A program made the position numbers and the translations under genes. Positions 28,042 through 38,050 of a stretch of 64,000 nucleotides of DNA are shown here, piece by piece (positions within the stretch are counted from its first letter, which is position 1; each line of letters starts with the position of its first letter). The stretch is from Gammaproteobacteria bacterium (GTDB lineage: Bacteria; Pseudomonadota; Gammaproteobacteria; UBA1113). Location: NCBI GenBank assembly GCA_021773305.1, contig JAJFKH010000085.1, positions 4,165-68,164 on the forward strand, written 5' to 3'. Below the pieces are notes generated by a model. It was not told the origin of the DNA and did no database searches. It saw only the letters and a program-made list of their open reading frames with translations.

Positions 28042-30444
28042 ATGAGCAATCAGCACGTTATTTGGTTGAATAACTTGGGGATGGGTGATTTAGACAAGGT
28101 GGGTGGGAAAAATGCCTCCTTGGGTGAAATGATCAGTCATCTTTCTGGGGCGGGTGTTAATGTCCCAGGAGGGTTTGCCACCACGGCCGATGCCTATCGA
28201 AGCTTTATTACTCAAAATAACTTACATGAAAAGATACAAGCAACCTTGGTGGATTTAGATATTGATGATATTGCAGCGTTGACTGATGCAGGTCGTCGCA
28301 TTCGCCAATGGATTATGGAAGCACCTTTTACCCCTGAGTTTATTGCTGAGATTGAAACATCCTGGGAAAAGTTGACCGTAGATAAACCGGCTGATTATGC
28401 CGTTGCAGTGCGTTCCTCTGCGACCGCAGAAGATTTACCCGATGCTTCTTTTGCTGGGCAACAAGAAACCTTTCTTAATGTGCGCGGGCTTGATAATGTG
28501 TTGCGCGCTATCAAAGATGTTTTTGCTTCACTTTTTAACGATCGTGCTATTTCTTATCGAGTGCATCAGGGGTTTGATCATATGCAGGTTGCGCTGTCGG
28601 TTGGGATCCAGCAAATGGTTCGAAGCGATTGTGGAGCTAGCGGCGTAATGTTCACCATGGATACAGAATCAGGTTTTGATGGCGTGGTGTTGATTACCGC
28701 TTCCTATGGATTAGGAGAATTGGTTGTGCAGGGCGCTGTGAATCCGGATGAATTTTATGTTTTTAAAGAAGCCCTCAAAAAAAATAATTATCCTATTTTG
28801 CGTAGACACTTAGGTGATAAAAAGCAAAAAATGATTTACGCAGATGATCCTAACGAGCTGGTTGAAACGGTGGGTGTGTCGTCACAGGAGCAGCGAGACT
28901 TTTGTTTAACGGATGATGATATTGTGGAGCTTGCAAGCCAAGCGGTGAAAATCGAACAGCATTACAATAGACCCATGGATATTGAATGGGGTAAAGATGG
29001 TATCGATGGAAAAATTTATATTCTTCAAGCTCGTCCTGAAACGGTTAAAAGCCGTGAGCAAGGTCATATTATTTCTCGTTATGAGCTAAAGGAGCAAAGC
29101 ACAGTACTTTGCACCGGTCGCAGTATTGGTCAACGTATTGGTCAGGGGCCAGTAAAAGTCATTAAAAATATTACTCAAATGGATCGTGTGCAGCCTGGGG
29201 ATGTGTTGGTGACGGACATGACCGATCCCGATTGGGAGCCTGTGATGAAGCGAGCCGCTGCGATTGTAACGAATCGAGGCGGGCGTACCTGTCATGCAGC
29301 GATAATTGCAAGAGAGCTTGGGATCCCGGCTGTGGTGGGTTGTGGTAATGCGACCCAAACTATAGATGATGGAAAAGCGGTTACGGTTTCCTGTGCAGAG
29401 GGTGATACAGGTTTTGTTTACGATGGCGCATTGGATTTTGAAATTAAAAAAATTGATGTGAAAAATATGCCTGAATTGCCTTTCAAAATTATGGCGAATG
29501 TGGGTAATCCAGATAGGGCATTTGATTTTTGTCGCTTACCGAATGCGGGTGTAGGTCTGGCACGGTTAGAATTTATTATTAATCGAATGATCGGGATCCA
29601 TCCTAAAGCACTGTTAAATTTCGACACATTACCTGACGGGGTTAAACAGGAGGTTGCTGAACGCATTGCTGGTTATCCGGATCCTGTTTCATTTTATATT
29701 GATCGTCTTGCCGAAGGGATTGCCACTATTGGTGCTGCGTTTTATCCGAAACCTACGATTGTGAGATTGTCTGACTTTAAATCCAATGAATATGCTAATT
29801 TATTGGCAGGTGATCTTTATGAGCCGGATGAAGAAAATCCTATGCTAGGATATCGAGGTGCTTCTCGTTATGTCTCGGAACGATTTCGGGATTGTTTCGC
29901 GTTAGAATGTGAAGCGGTAAAAAAAGTGCGAGAGAAAATGGGATTAACCAATGTGGAAGTGATGATCCCTTTTGTGCGAACGGTAGACGAAGCGAAAGAC
30001 GTCATTGAAGTACTCAAAGAAAATGGTTTAGAGCGCGGCAAAAATGGTTTGCGCTTAATTATGATGTGTGAACTTCCATCCAATGCCTTGTTGGCCGATC
30101 AGTTTTTGCAATATTTTGATGGGTTTTCTATTGGTTCTAATGACTTGACACAGTTAACCTTAGGACTTGATAGAGACTCGGGGCTTATTGCTCATCATTT
30201 TGATGAGCGTAATGACGCGGTGAAGATACTCTTGCGCCAAGCCATTCAAGCCTGTCGTAAGCAAAATAAATATATTGGGATCTGTGGCCAAGGCCCCTCT
30301 GATTATCCTGATTTTGCAAAATGGTTACAAAAAGAAGGGATCAACAGTATTTCTTTGAATCCTGACACAGTGCTCGAAACGTGGTTGTACCTTGCTGAGG
30401 AGCAAACAACACTCGGATCTGGTGAGACCGCTTCAGCGGAATAA
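28042..30444 (+). CDS. ppsA: Phosphoenolpyruvate synthase
   Basis: Collinear with E. coli PpsA along its length ([35 protein letters not shown]; catalytic-His region [36 protein letters not shown]). Confidence 0.95.
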   Translation: MSNQHVIWLNNLGMGDLDKVGGKNASLGEMISHLSGAGVNVPGGFATTADAYRSFITQNNLHEKIQATLVDLDIDDIAALTDAGRRIRQWIMEAPFTPEFIAEIETSWEKLTVDKPADYAVAVRSSATAEDLPDASFAGQQETFLNVRGLDNVLRAIKDVFASLFNDRAISYRVHQGFDHMQVALSVGIQQMVRSDCGASGVMFTMDTESGFDGVVLITASYGLGELVVQGAVNPDEFYVFKEALKKNNYPILRRHLGDKKQKMIYADDPNELVETVGVSSQEQRDFCLTDDDIVELASQAVKIEQHYNRPMDIEWGKDGIDGKIYILQARPETVKSREQGHIISRYELKEQSTVLCTGRSIGQRIGQGPVKVIKNITQMDRVQPGDVLVTDMTDPDWEPVMKRAAAIVTNRGGRTCHAAIIARELGIPAVVGCGNATQTIDDGKAVTVSCAEGDTGFVYDGALDFEIKKIDVKNMPELPFKIMANVGNPDRAFDFCRLPNAGVGLARLEFIINRMIGIHPKALLNFDTLPDGVKQEVAERIAGYPDPVSFYIDRLAEGIATIGAAFYPKPTIVRLSDFKSNEYANLLAGDLYEPDEENPMLGYRGASRYVSERFRDCFALECEAVKKVREKMGLTNVEVMIPFVRTVDEAKDVIEVLKENGLERGKNGLRLIMMCELPSNALLADQFLQYFDGFSIGSNDLTQLTLGLDRDSGLIAHHFDERNDAVKILLRQAIQACRKQNKYIGICGQGPSDYPDFAKWLQKEGINSISLNPDTVLETWLYLAEEQTTLGSGETASAE

Positions 30445-30607
30445 TTTTCCAGTCCATAGTTGTTCCAAGAAATTTTACAAAATCTACAATATTGAGCGTT
30501 AATCTTTCCGCTCGAATACAGTCACTGATGTCTGCGTGTCGAACTCTCAAGGGAAAATCAATCACTAAGCGACGCTGAAATCTAACTAATTCGGAGCAAA
30601 TTTCAGA

Positions 30608-31534
30608 TTAGGGGTTAAAGTTATTGCCATCCAGATCCTGTTTTGCGTTCTGTAGAGAGTCATATGCCTGTTTTGCAATCTGGTATTCAATATAGGTGAT
30701 GCGTTTGGTTAGCGAACCTGTATCGCTTGGCTTGAGATCTTTTATTTTATTTAAGAGGGCATCCAATGAGTTATTAAATTCTTTTTTATCGAGTATTTCA
30801 CGGACATTTTTTCCGTGTCTTCGTAAAAAATGCCCCGTAAAGAATTTGTGTGCTTCACTTGTTTTACAATAATCTTCGAAGAGTGCTACAGCTTTGACTA
30901 TGTCTGACAGTTCGGGATCATGATCATGACCCTGTGGGTTCCATATACGATCATAATCTTGATTATTTAGGAGTTCGAGCTTCTCAGCTTTTTCCTGGCA
31001 ATTAAAATATTGAGTGTAAATATCGATATCTGATCGATACTCTTTGAGATGTATTATCACAGGACTTAGCTGAAATGAATTTTCATCCATACCCATAAAC
31101 TGCGGCTGACCAAGCTCTTTTGCATAGGTAAGGAGAGCATCCTTCGCTGCATTGTTAAATAATATCCGTCCAAAAGTGGGTGTTCTCTCGATCAGTGTTT
31201 CAATGCAATATTGAATATTGTCTTGTCCTACAAAGCAGAGTAGGTAAGCACTTGAGGGATACTTTTCTATATTATCTTGTTTTACAATAATATTTTCTGG
31301 GGTTTCACAAATAATATACTCTTGAATTTTCTCATAAATACTACCATTGCCCGAAAATTTATTCTCGGGATATTGAAATACCATCATGATGAAAGGTTGA
31401 TGACTTGGGTTAAATGAATTTTTGTCTACACCTAATTCTTCCTCATAATTGGTATCATCATTGGGTATGAATAAGTGGGTGGGGCCGGTGCATCTTGCTG
31501 CGACTTCGCCTTCTAGGAATAGTGAGTACCACAT
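30608..31534 (-). CDS. Orphan cytoplasmic/secreted-substrate-type hypothetical protein (308 aa)
   Basis: Long ORF with no signal peptide or TM segment and no recognisable motif. Begins 48 nt after the surA stop on the same strand. Confidence 0.5.
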   Translation of the reverse strand: MWYSLFLEGEVAARCTGPTHLFIPNDDTNYEEELGVDKNSFNPSHQPFIMMVFQYPENKFSGNGSIYEKIQEYIICETPENIIVKQDNIEKYPSSAYLLCFVGQDNIQYCIETLIERTPTFGRILFNNAAKDALLTYAKELGQPQFMGMDENSFQLSPVIIHLKEYRSDIDIYTQYFNCQEKAEKLELLNNQDYDRIWNPQGHDHDPELSDIVKAVALFEDYCKTSEAHKFFTGHFLRRHGKNVREILDKKEFNNSLDALLNKIKDLKPSDTGSLTKRITYIEYQIAKQAYDSLQNAKQDLDGNNFNP

Positions 31535-31582
31535 GTTTTTATGACCTTGTTGTTATATTAGGTGGAAATTAAAGTTTCTATC

Positions 31583-32926
31583 TTACGAGTGTATGTTTTC
31601 CGTATTGTTACTATCTGAAGAGCCTAGCATAGTAATCTCTATATAGGAAGCATCACGCATTCGCTTGATCCAGGTTTGCACTTCTTCTTCGTAGTGCCGT
31701 TGATACACTAGTTTTTTAATTTGCTCCTTTTCGTAATTTTCTGTGTCATCAATCTCTTTACGCTCAAGCACTTCAATGAGATGCCAGCCGAATTGAGATT
31801 TGATAGGCGCACTTAGCTCATTAAGTGCTAGTTGATTCATTGTGCTTTCAAATTGTGGCACCAGCTGTCCAGGCTTGACCCATCCCAAACTGCCGCCATG
31901 GATGGCGCTGCCTGGATCTTGCGATTGCTTCTTCGCTAATGCGGCAAAATCTTCCCCTGTTTCGATTTGCTTTTTAATTGCCAATAGCTCCATTTTTGCT
32001 TTTTCATCGCTTTTAATGAGGTTTGTTTTTAAGAGGATATGGCGTACCCGAGTTTCTGTGATGTTATGGCGCTGTACGTTGCCCCGAGCATCCAGCAATT
32101 TAATGATATGATAACCATTGTCTGCTCGGATGGGGCCCTTGATTTCTTCAACCTTCATGACTTGTACATCAGTTACAAAGGTCGATGGAATTTCTTCAAT
32201 GCGTCGCCAACCTAGATCGCCGCCGGTGAGAGCATTTTGCCCATTAGAATTGGCGATAGCAAGGGTCTCGAATTTCTGCCCCTTCCTTAACTTTTTAACA
32301 AGGGTGTTGGCTAAATTTTTGGCTTGTTGCAAATCTTCCGAGGAGGGCACCTCAGGCAAGGTGATCAAAATATCTTGCAGATGATATTCTTTTATATGCT
32401 CTTGATCATAGCCTGCGGAGTTCATATATTTTTCAACTTCTTGGTTGGATATGGTAATGCGGCTGGCAATTTCCTGAGAAATCAATCGTTCTATTGTCAG
32501 CTGATCACGAATATCCTGGCGAAAGTTATCGAAATTCACCCCGTCAGATTCAATGGCCTGTTGCAACTGAGCTAAGGTGAAATCATTTTTCTTTGCGATA
32601 TTGTCTAATGCTTGATCTAATGTATTGTCATCGACGCTAATGCTTGCCCGGCGAGCCGTTTGTAATTGTAGTTTTTTGTCAATAATTTGGTTAAGGATTT
32701 GTTTATTAAGTATATTTTCTTTGGGGAGCACCATGTTTTTTTCAGCTAAACGCTTTTTGATGAGGGATGCTTGGTTTTCTAATTCAGATTGTGTTATGAC
32801 GTCATCGTTTACAATAGCGACTATCTGATCCAGAGGCCGTGGATCCATCGTTTTTGCTATTAATGGGGTTGCTATCAGTGTTAAAATAACTGACAAAACT
32901 ACGCTACATGTTGTTTTTTCCACCAT
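31583..32926 (-). CDS. surA: Periplasmic chaperone / PPIase SurA
   Basis: Signal peptide, an N-terminal SurA domain, and two parvulin PPIase domains (..GGDLGW..., ..GGSLGWV..FGWHLIEV). Downstream of lptD. Confidence 0.9.
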   Translation of the reverse strand: MVEKTTCSVVLSVILTLIATPLIAKTMDPRPLDQIVAIVNDDVITQSELENQASLIKKRLAEKNMVLPKENILNKQILNQIIDKKLQLQTARRASISVDDNTLDQALDNIAKKNDFTLAQLQQAIESDGVNFDNFRQDIRDQLTIERLISQEIASRITISNQEVEKYMNSAGYDQEHIKEYHLQDILITLPEVPSSEDLQQAKNLANTLVKKLRKGQKFETLAIANSNGQNALTGGDLGWRRIEEIPSTFVTDVQVMKVEEIKGPIRADNGYHIIKLLDARGNVQRHNITETRVRHILLKTNLIKSDEKAKMELLAIKKQIETGEDFAALAKKQSQDPGSAIHGGSLGWVKPGQLVPQFESTMNQLALNELSAPIKSQFGWHLIEVLERKEIDDTENYEKEQIKKLVYQRHYEEEVQTWIKRMRDASYIEITMLGSSDSNNTENIHS

Positions 32927-33007
32927 AATCTCTCATCTTCTTCAGAACATCATCATTATACAGAAAACCCGATGTTTGGCAAATATTTATACGGGCCAAA
33001 AATAGCC

Positions 33008-35623
33008 TTAATCTCGACCAAAATCATCCTCGTAGCCATACAGGGTCGATAAGAGTAGCTTATGAGGATTATTCGCTGCGGCAGATCCCAGCCCTTTTAG
33101 CGCAAACTCAAGGAATACGAGCTTGTTATATCGAGGCGAGGTTGTGTCGTTATTGTTTAATTTGAGTTGATCAAATTCTCTACCTGCAATTAAACGAATG
33201 GCCCAGCAGCAGCTATCGTATTGTAAACCTGCATAAGAGGTTTGTGTATAGTGATGGCTGAGATTATACATGTAGCGACCTATGCCGCTGAAGCGGCGTG
33301 TGAGGGGCCAAACCGTGGAGATTTCAATTTGATTTAAATCATTTTCGGATGCATTGAGCCGTTCCTCAATGGTGCCCACTTGGCGACGCACAATTTCATC
33401 GCCACCTCTTAGGAAATAATAACCGAGGTTAACAATATGGCGATTGTTCTTTTTATATTGGAACATGACAGAAGCATTGTTGGTGCGATTGAAATTTGGA
33501 TCCCAGGCAAATTCTGAACCTAAATGCCAATAGCGATTAATGTTGTAAGACACTTGGCCTACTAATGGGGATATCTCTGTATCAGGAGGAATACTATTCG
33601 CGACGCTGACAAGATCTCCGGATGCCGGTTCAATATTCACACGTCGATTTTGGAAATAAAATATTTGTCCAATGCTTGCGCGAAGCTTTTCTTCACCGGT
33701 TTCTTTTTTCAAAAAGCGCGTGGTTAATGCAGCGGAAAGTTGATTGGCATCACCAATTCTATCGATGCCGCTGAACCGGTTGGTACGAAAAAGTTGCTCT
33801 AATTTAAAAGGTTGTACTCCGGTATCAAATAGCGGAATATCGTCTTGGTTATCGTAGGGTACGTAGAGATAAAATAAACGCGGTTCTAGGGTTTGTAAAT
33901 AAGGGCGATGATGAAAAGATGTTTCTCTGTCAAAAAATAACCCACTATCAATACTTAATATAGGCAGTACCCGGGTAATATAAGAATCAGTTTCGGGCAT
34001 TGTATTTTTTAGATCATATTGTGTTGCGGCGACTTGTATTTGAGGGTTCAAAAATCCGTAGACCTTATGCATGGGTAGTGATACACCCGGATTGATGTTG
34101 GCTCGGGTTCCTGTCACCGGAGTGTAATTCATACCAGGATTTTCTTGTTTATCAAAAACATCAAAACTGTTATTGAAATTCCAAGCAGTGTGGAAAGGTG
34201 CATCGTGGTAGTAACCGTGGAGGAGTAGTTCGGGTAATTTTCGATAGGGGTTATCCACAGGGCCTTGGGTAATAGGGTGTAACGTTTGGAAGCCTTGTAA
34301 GCGACCGATGAAATTCCAATGTGTGCTAACAAAATTTAAATCAGCCTGATTGAAAATTTGATTGTCTGTCAATTGTGCAGGGTCATCTGCAAAATCAATA
34401 AAGTAATAATCGTCACTAACATGATTAAGGTAAAGGTAAGATGACCAGTGAGACGAATATTGCCTTGTATCTGTGATCGAGATGAAGTCCCGAGTACTGT
34501 TGGTATTTTTTAAACGACTTCGACTGGGTGTCCCTATGGTATATTCTTGGAGCCAGTTAGCTTTTTCTTCTTTAAATTCTCTGTCATCAGGAAGAATACT
34601 GCCGTGAATATTACCATGACTGTTGGGCGTTACATAACGGAATTCACCATTAAATTGCACACCTCTCTCTGTCAGAATATCGGGCGTTATCGTTGCGTCA
34701 TAATTAGGCGCAATATTCCAATAAAAGGGTAAGCTAAGGTGACTTCCGGAGTTGGACGTATTGCCTGCGCTAGGGAATAAAAATCCAGTTTGTCTGCGAT
34801 CATCGATAGGGAAGTTAAGGTAAGGAGAATAGAAAATAGGTTTGTCGTGAAAATAAAGGCTCGCGCCGCTGGCAGAACCTCGACCGGTCATTTTATTGAG
34901 TTTGAGTGTATTGGCTTTTAGCATCCAACTGTGAGTTAAGGGCGGACAGGTACTATAGGTGCCGCGAACAATTTCGATGACGCCATTTGCATGCCGCATG
35001 GCACGACTTGCTGTGCCCCAGCCAGTTAATTGCTCAATGTTGATAGTGGGGACTTGCAGAGCGTCCATACCTTCAGGCCCTTGGAACTGATGGCGAATAA
35101 TACGGTAAATGGCGTGATTAATAGAGCCAGAGTCCTCTTCTAAATTGACGTGTCCTTTATCACCAATAATGAGTTTACCCGGTTCACGAAGATAGACATT
35201 GCCGAACACATCCACACTGCTGTATTTTTCTGTCTCAGGATTGCGGTTGAGATGCATTAAATCTGCACTGATGTAGCGGTTAGGTTGGGTTAATTCCACA
35301 TTTCCTTTGAGAACAGACATTTCCTGGCCGGATAGTAGCGATGAATCAAAGTTAATATGGATGGGACTTTTATTTAATGGGATAGATGGATCTTCTTCGT
35401 AGTAGAGTACGGGTTCTTGATAATAACCATAGCAAAGTGTTGACACCTCAGGTGCCGTGATCCAGCCTAAGCGTTGCGCAATGTCTTGTCGATCAATCGA
35501 CCTGAGAGAAATGGTTTCATAATTTTCTGGATCCATCTTTTGCGTAGGTGCTTCGGCCTGGGCATATTGGCCGAACAATAGGCATAGGGTCGTGAGTGCG
35601 GTATACTTCTTTTTGTTTTTCAC
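33008..35623 (-). CDS. lptD: LPS-assembly outer-membrane protein LptD
   Basis: 871 aa with a signal peptide. OstA-like N-terminal domain and a large beta-barrel. Conserved lptD-surA order with divergent amgK-murU. Confidence 0.9.
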   Translation of the reverse strand: MKNKKKYTALTTLCLLFGQYAQAEAPTQKMDPENYETISLRSIDRQDIAQRLGWITAPEVSTLCYGYYQEPVLYYEEDPSIPLNKSPIHINFDSSLLSGQEMSVLKGNVELTQPNRYISADLMHLNRNPETEKYSSVDVFGNVYLREPGKLIIGDKGHVNLEEDSGSINHAIYRIIRHQFQGPEGMDALQVPTINIEQLTGWGTASRAMRHANGVIEIVRGTYSTCPPLTHSWMLKANTLKLNKMTGRGSASGASLYFHDKPIFYSPYLNFPIDDRRQTGFLFPSAGNTSNSGSHLSLPFYWNIAPNYDATITPDILTERGVQFNGEFRYVTPNSHGNIHGSILPDDREFKEEKANWLQEYTIGTPSRSRLKNTNSTRDFISITDTRQYSSHWSSYLYLNHVSDDYYFIDFADDPAQLTDNQIFNQADLNFVSTHWNFIGRLQGFQTLHPITQGPVDNPYRKLPELLLHGYYHDAPFHTAWNFNNSFDVFDKQENPGMNYTPVTGTRANINPGVSLPMHKVYGFLNPQIQVAATQYDLKNTMPETDSYITRVLPILSIDSGLFFDRETSFHHRPYLQTLEPRLFYLYVPYDNQDDIPLFDTGVQPFKLEQLFRTNRFSGIDRIGDANQLSAALTTRFLKKETGEEKLRASIGQIFYFQNRRVNIEPASGDLVSVANSIPPDTEISPLVGQVSYNINRYWHLGSEFAWDPNFNRTNNASVMFQYKKNNRHIVNLGYYFLRGGDEIVRRQVGTIEERLNASENDLNQIEISTVWPLTRRFSGIGRYMYNLSHHYTQTSYAGLQYDSCCWAIRLIAGREFDQLKLNNNDTTSPRYNKLVFLEFALKGLGSAAANNPHKLLLSTLYGYEDDFGRD

Positions 35624-35723
35624 AATCTGTATGAAATTCCCCCATAGGCCCTAGTTGAGTAGCAAATGTTACCGACTCTCTGGGCATTTTGCTAGAAATG
35701 AATGCAATTTTTTGGTAATTAAA

Positions 35724-36704
35724 ATGGATAGTCGATATAAGCGGTTGGTTTGTTGGTCAAGTGATATTGCTGGCCATCCTCTAGCGTTACAGTCTTTGGC
35801 TGGCGATGCGAGTTTCCGTTGTTATTACCGCGTGAAAGTGAATGGCCAAAATATGATTGCCATGGATGCGCCTCCGGATCGCGAAAATAATCATGCTTTT
35901 GCCGCACTGAGCCAGACATTTCGGCAGTTTGAAGTGAATGTGCCAGAAATTTATCATTGTGATTTTGAGCAAGGATTTTTGCTAACAGAAGATTTTGGTG
36001 ATGATCTATTATTTAATAAATTAAATAAAAATAATTATAAAACTTTGTATGGGAAGGCCATCGATCAATTGCTGCTCATACAACGCTGCCAATCTATTCA
36101 GCAGCATACAATGGGCCGTTTTGATAAAAATTTTATGGCTCAAGAATTAAATTTATATCGCCATTGGTATCTTGGAGAACAGTTGGGTGTTGTGCTTTCA
36201 GATAACGATCAGCAAGTCCTTGATCAAACGCTCGATCAGCTAGTGCAGGCAATTCTTGTTCAACCTGTTGTGTGTGTGCACCGCGATTTTCACTCTCGAA
36301 ACCTAATGGCGCTCGGTGCACGAGGGCTAGGAGTGTTAGATTTTCAGGATGCCATATGGGGGCCAGTGACGTATGATTTGGTATCTCTGCTGAAAGATTG
36401 TTATATTACTTGGCCTAGGGATATCGTAGAAGAAATGGTGGGATACTATTATGAGCAAGTGGCAATGGCGGGAATCGTGGACTTGCCTAATTTTGATACT
36501 TTTTTACAGTGGTTTGATGTGATGGGGATCCAACGGCATTTAAAAGCTATTGGTATTTTTTCTAGGTTGAATCAACGTGATGGTAAGTCTGCTTACCTGG
36601 GAGATATCCCGCGCACATTGAATTATTTAGAAGATGCAATTTCTAGGATGCCTCAATTTCAATCTCTATCAGGTTTTTTGCTTCCATTAGGTGAGCATTG
36701 TTAA
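35724..36704 (+). CDS. amgK: Aminoglycoside-phosphotransferase-fold anomeric MurNAc/GlcNAc kinase AmgK-like
   Basis: LAGDASFRCYYRV N-terminus and catalytic VHRDFHSRNLM. Synteny with murU and lptD as in Pseudomonas. Start taken at the Met at 35724 inside track ORF 35655. Confidence 0.75.
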   Translation: MDSRYKRLVCWSSDIAGHPLALQSLAGDASFRCYYRVKVNGQNMIAMDAPPDRENNHAFAALSQTFRQFEVNVPEIYHCDFEQGFLLTEDFGDDLLFNKLNKNNYKTLYGKAIDQLLLIQRCQSIQQHTMGRFDKNFMAQELNLYRHWYLGEQLGVVLSDNDQQVLDQTLDQLVQAILVQPVVCVHRDFHSRNLMALGARGLGVLDFQDAIWGPVTYDLVSLLKDCYITWPRDIVEEMVGYYYEQVAMAGIVDLPNFDTFLQWFDVMGIQRHLKAIGIFSRLNQRDGKSAYLGDIPRTLNYLEDAISRMPQFQSLSGFLLPLGEHC

Positions 36705-37345
36705 TGCAAGCGATGATTTTGGCTGCGGGTAGAGGCGCTCGTTTAAAACCATTGACCAATACATTACCTAAAGCCTTAATTGAGGTTCAGGGTAAACCCC
36801 TGATTGAGCACCAAATTCGGAGTTTGGTTGCATCGGGTATTAAGGACATTGTGATCAATGTTTGTCATTTGGGACATATGATTCAAAACTTCCTTGGTGA
36901 TGGCACTCGGTTTCACTGTAATATTCGTTACTCAGTCGAAGACGAATTATTAGATACAGGAGGCGGAATTTTTCGGGCTTTGCCACTATTAGGAAAGGAT
37001 GCTTTTCTGGTGCTCAACGGCGATATTCTGACAAATTTTTTTCTTAAAGAACTGAGTTTACCCCCCGGAAAGCTTGCTCATCTGGTTTTAGTTGATAAAC
37101 CGACCCACTATTTAAAGGGTGATTTTTCTCTGCAAAATAATCTCATTACGCAAGGTGAGCAATATACGTTTGGCGGTATTGCCCTGTACCACCCTGATTT
37201 GTTCGCAGATTGTAAGTCTGGAATTTTTTCTATTGTGCCATTGATACATCAAGGAATGGCAACAGGGCATGTCACCGGTGAATATTATCCCGGAAAATGG
37301 TGGGATATTGGAACCCCCGATTCATTGTTGGCATTACAGAATTAA
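36704..37345 (+). CDS. murU: MurNAc-1-phosphate uridylyltransferase MurU-like nucleotidyltransferase
   Basis: AMILAAGRGARLKPLTNTLPKAL nucleotidyltransferase motif. TAATG overlap with amgK. Confidence 0.75.
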   Translation: MQAMILAAGRGARLKPLTNTLPKALIEVQGKPLIEHQIRSLVASGIKDIVINVCHLGHMIQNFLGDGTRFHCNIRYSVEDELLDTGGGIFRALPLLGKDAFLVLNGDILTNFFLKELSLPPGKLAHLVLVDKPTHYLKGDFSLQNNLITQGEQYTFGGIALYHPDLFADCKSGIFSIVPLIHQGMATGHVTGEYYPGKWWDIGTPDSLLALQN

Positions 37346-37388
37346 ATCCTTTAGAATGATCTTGAGAATTTTTTACAAGGAGAGAACC

Positions 37389-38015
37389 ATGGAACGTTGT
37401 TTAGTTTTTTTGCTGATATTATTTTCGCCACTAACCTTTGCTATGAGTCCCCATGATTGGCTTATTCGAATGCGAGGGGTGGAAGTTGATCCTAGCGTCT
37501 CAAGTAGCACTATTACTGTGATTGGTGGGAAGGTGCGAAATAGTAGCACCCAAGTTGTTCCAGAGATAGATATTAACTACTTCATTACGCCTTATGTTTC
37601 TACTGAATTAGTGCTCATGACGTCTCGACACGATTTCGATGCTAAAGGTACAACGCTGGGCAATGTCGATTTGGGTAGTGTGAGAATTTTGCCTCCAACC
37701 TTGATGGCAAAATTACATTTTTTCCCAGAGGATATTTTGACTCCTTATGTGGGCGCAGGTATCAATTTTACTCGATTCTTTAATGAGCATAAAGGGCCTG
37801 CCATTACGTCCATTGATTATGACAATAGTTGGGGGCCTGCATTCCAAGTTGGTGTTGATATTGGTAATGATCCCCATTGGTCTTTTAATATCGATGTGAA
37901 GAAAATCTATATGGAGTCTGATGTCTCTTTTGTTTCTGGTGGAACAAGCATGAAAACCGATGTTCATGTTGATCCGTTAGTTTATGGTATAGGTGTTGGA
38001 TATCGTTTTTCTTAA
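37389..38015 (+). CDS. ompW: OmpW-family outer-membrane protein
   Basis: AAGGAG RBS before the ATG at 37389. Signal peptide ..SPLTFA. Shows the OmpW pattern (..PYVGAGINFTRFF.., C-terminal VGYRFS). Confidence 0.8.
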   Translation: MERCLVFLLILFSPLTFAMSPHDWLIRMRGVEVDPSVSSSTITVIGGKVRNSSTQVVPEIDINYFITPYVSTELVLMTSRHDFDAKGTTLGNVDLGSVRILPPTLMAKLHFFPEDILTPYVGAGINFTRFFNEHKGPAITSIDYDNSWGPAFQVGVDIGNDPHWSFNIDVKKIYMESDVSFVSGGTSMKTDVHVDPLVYGIGVGYRFS

Positions 38016-38050
38016 TACAGCACCAAGTATAGATTTTATGCGCCGTTACT

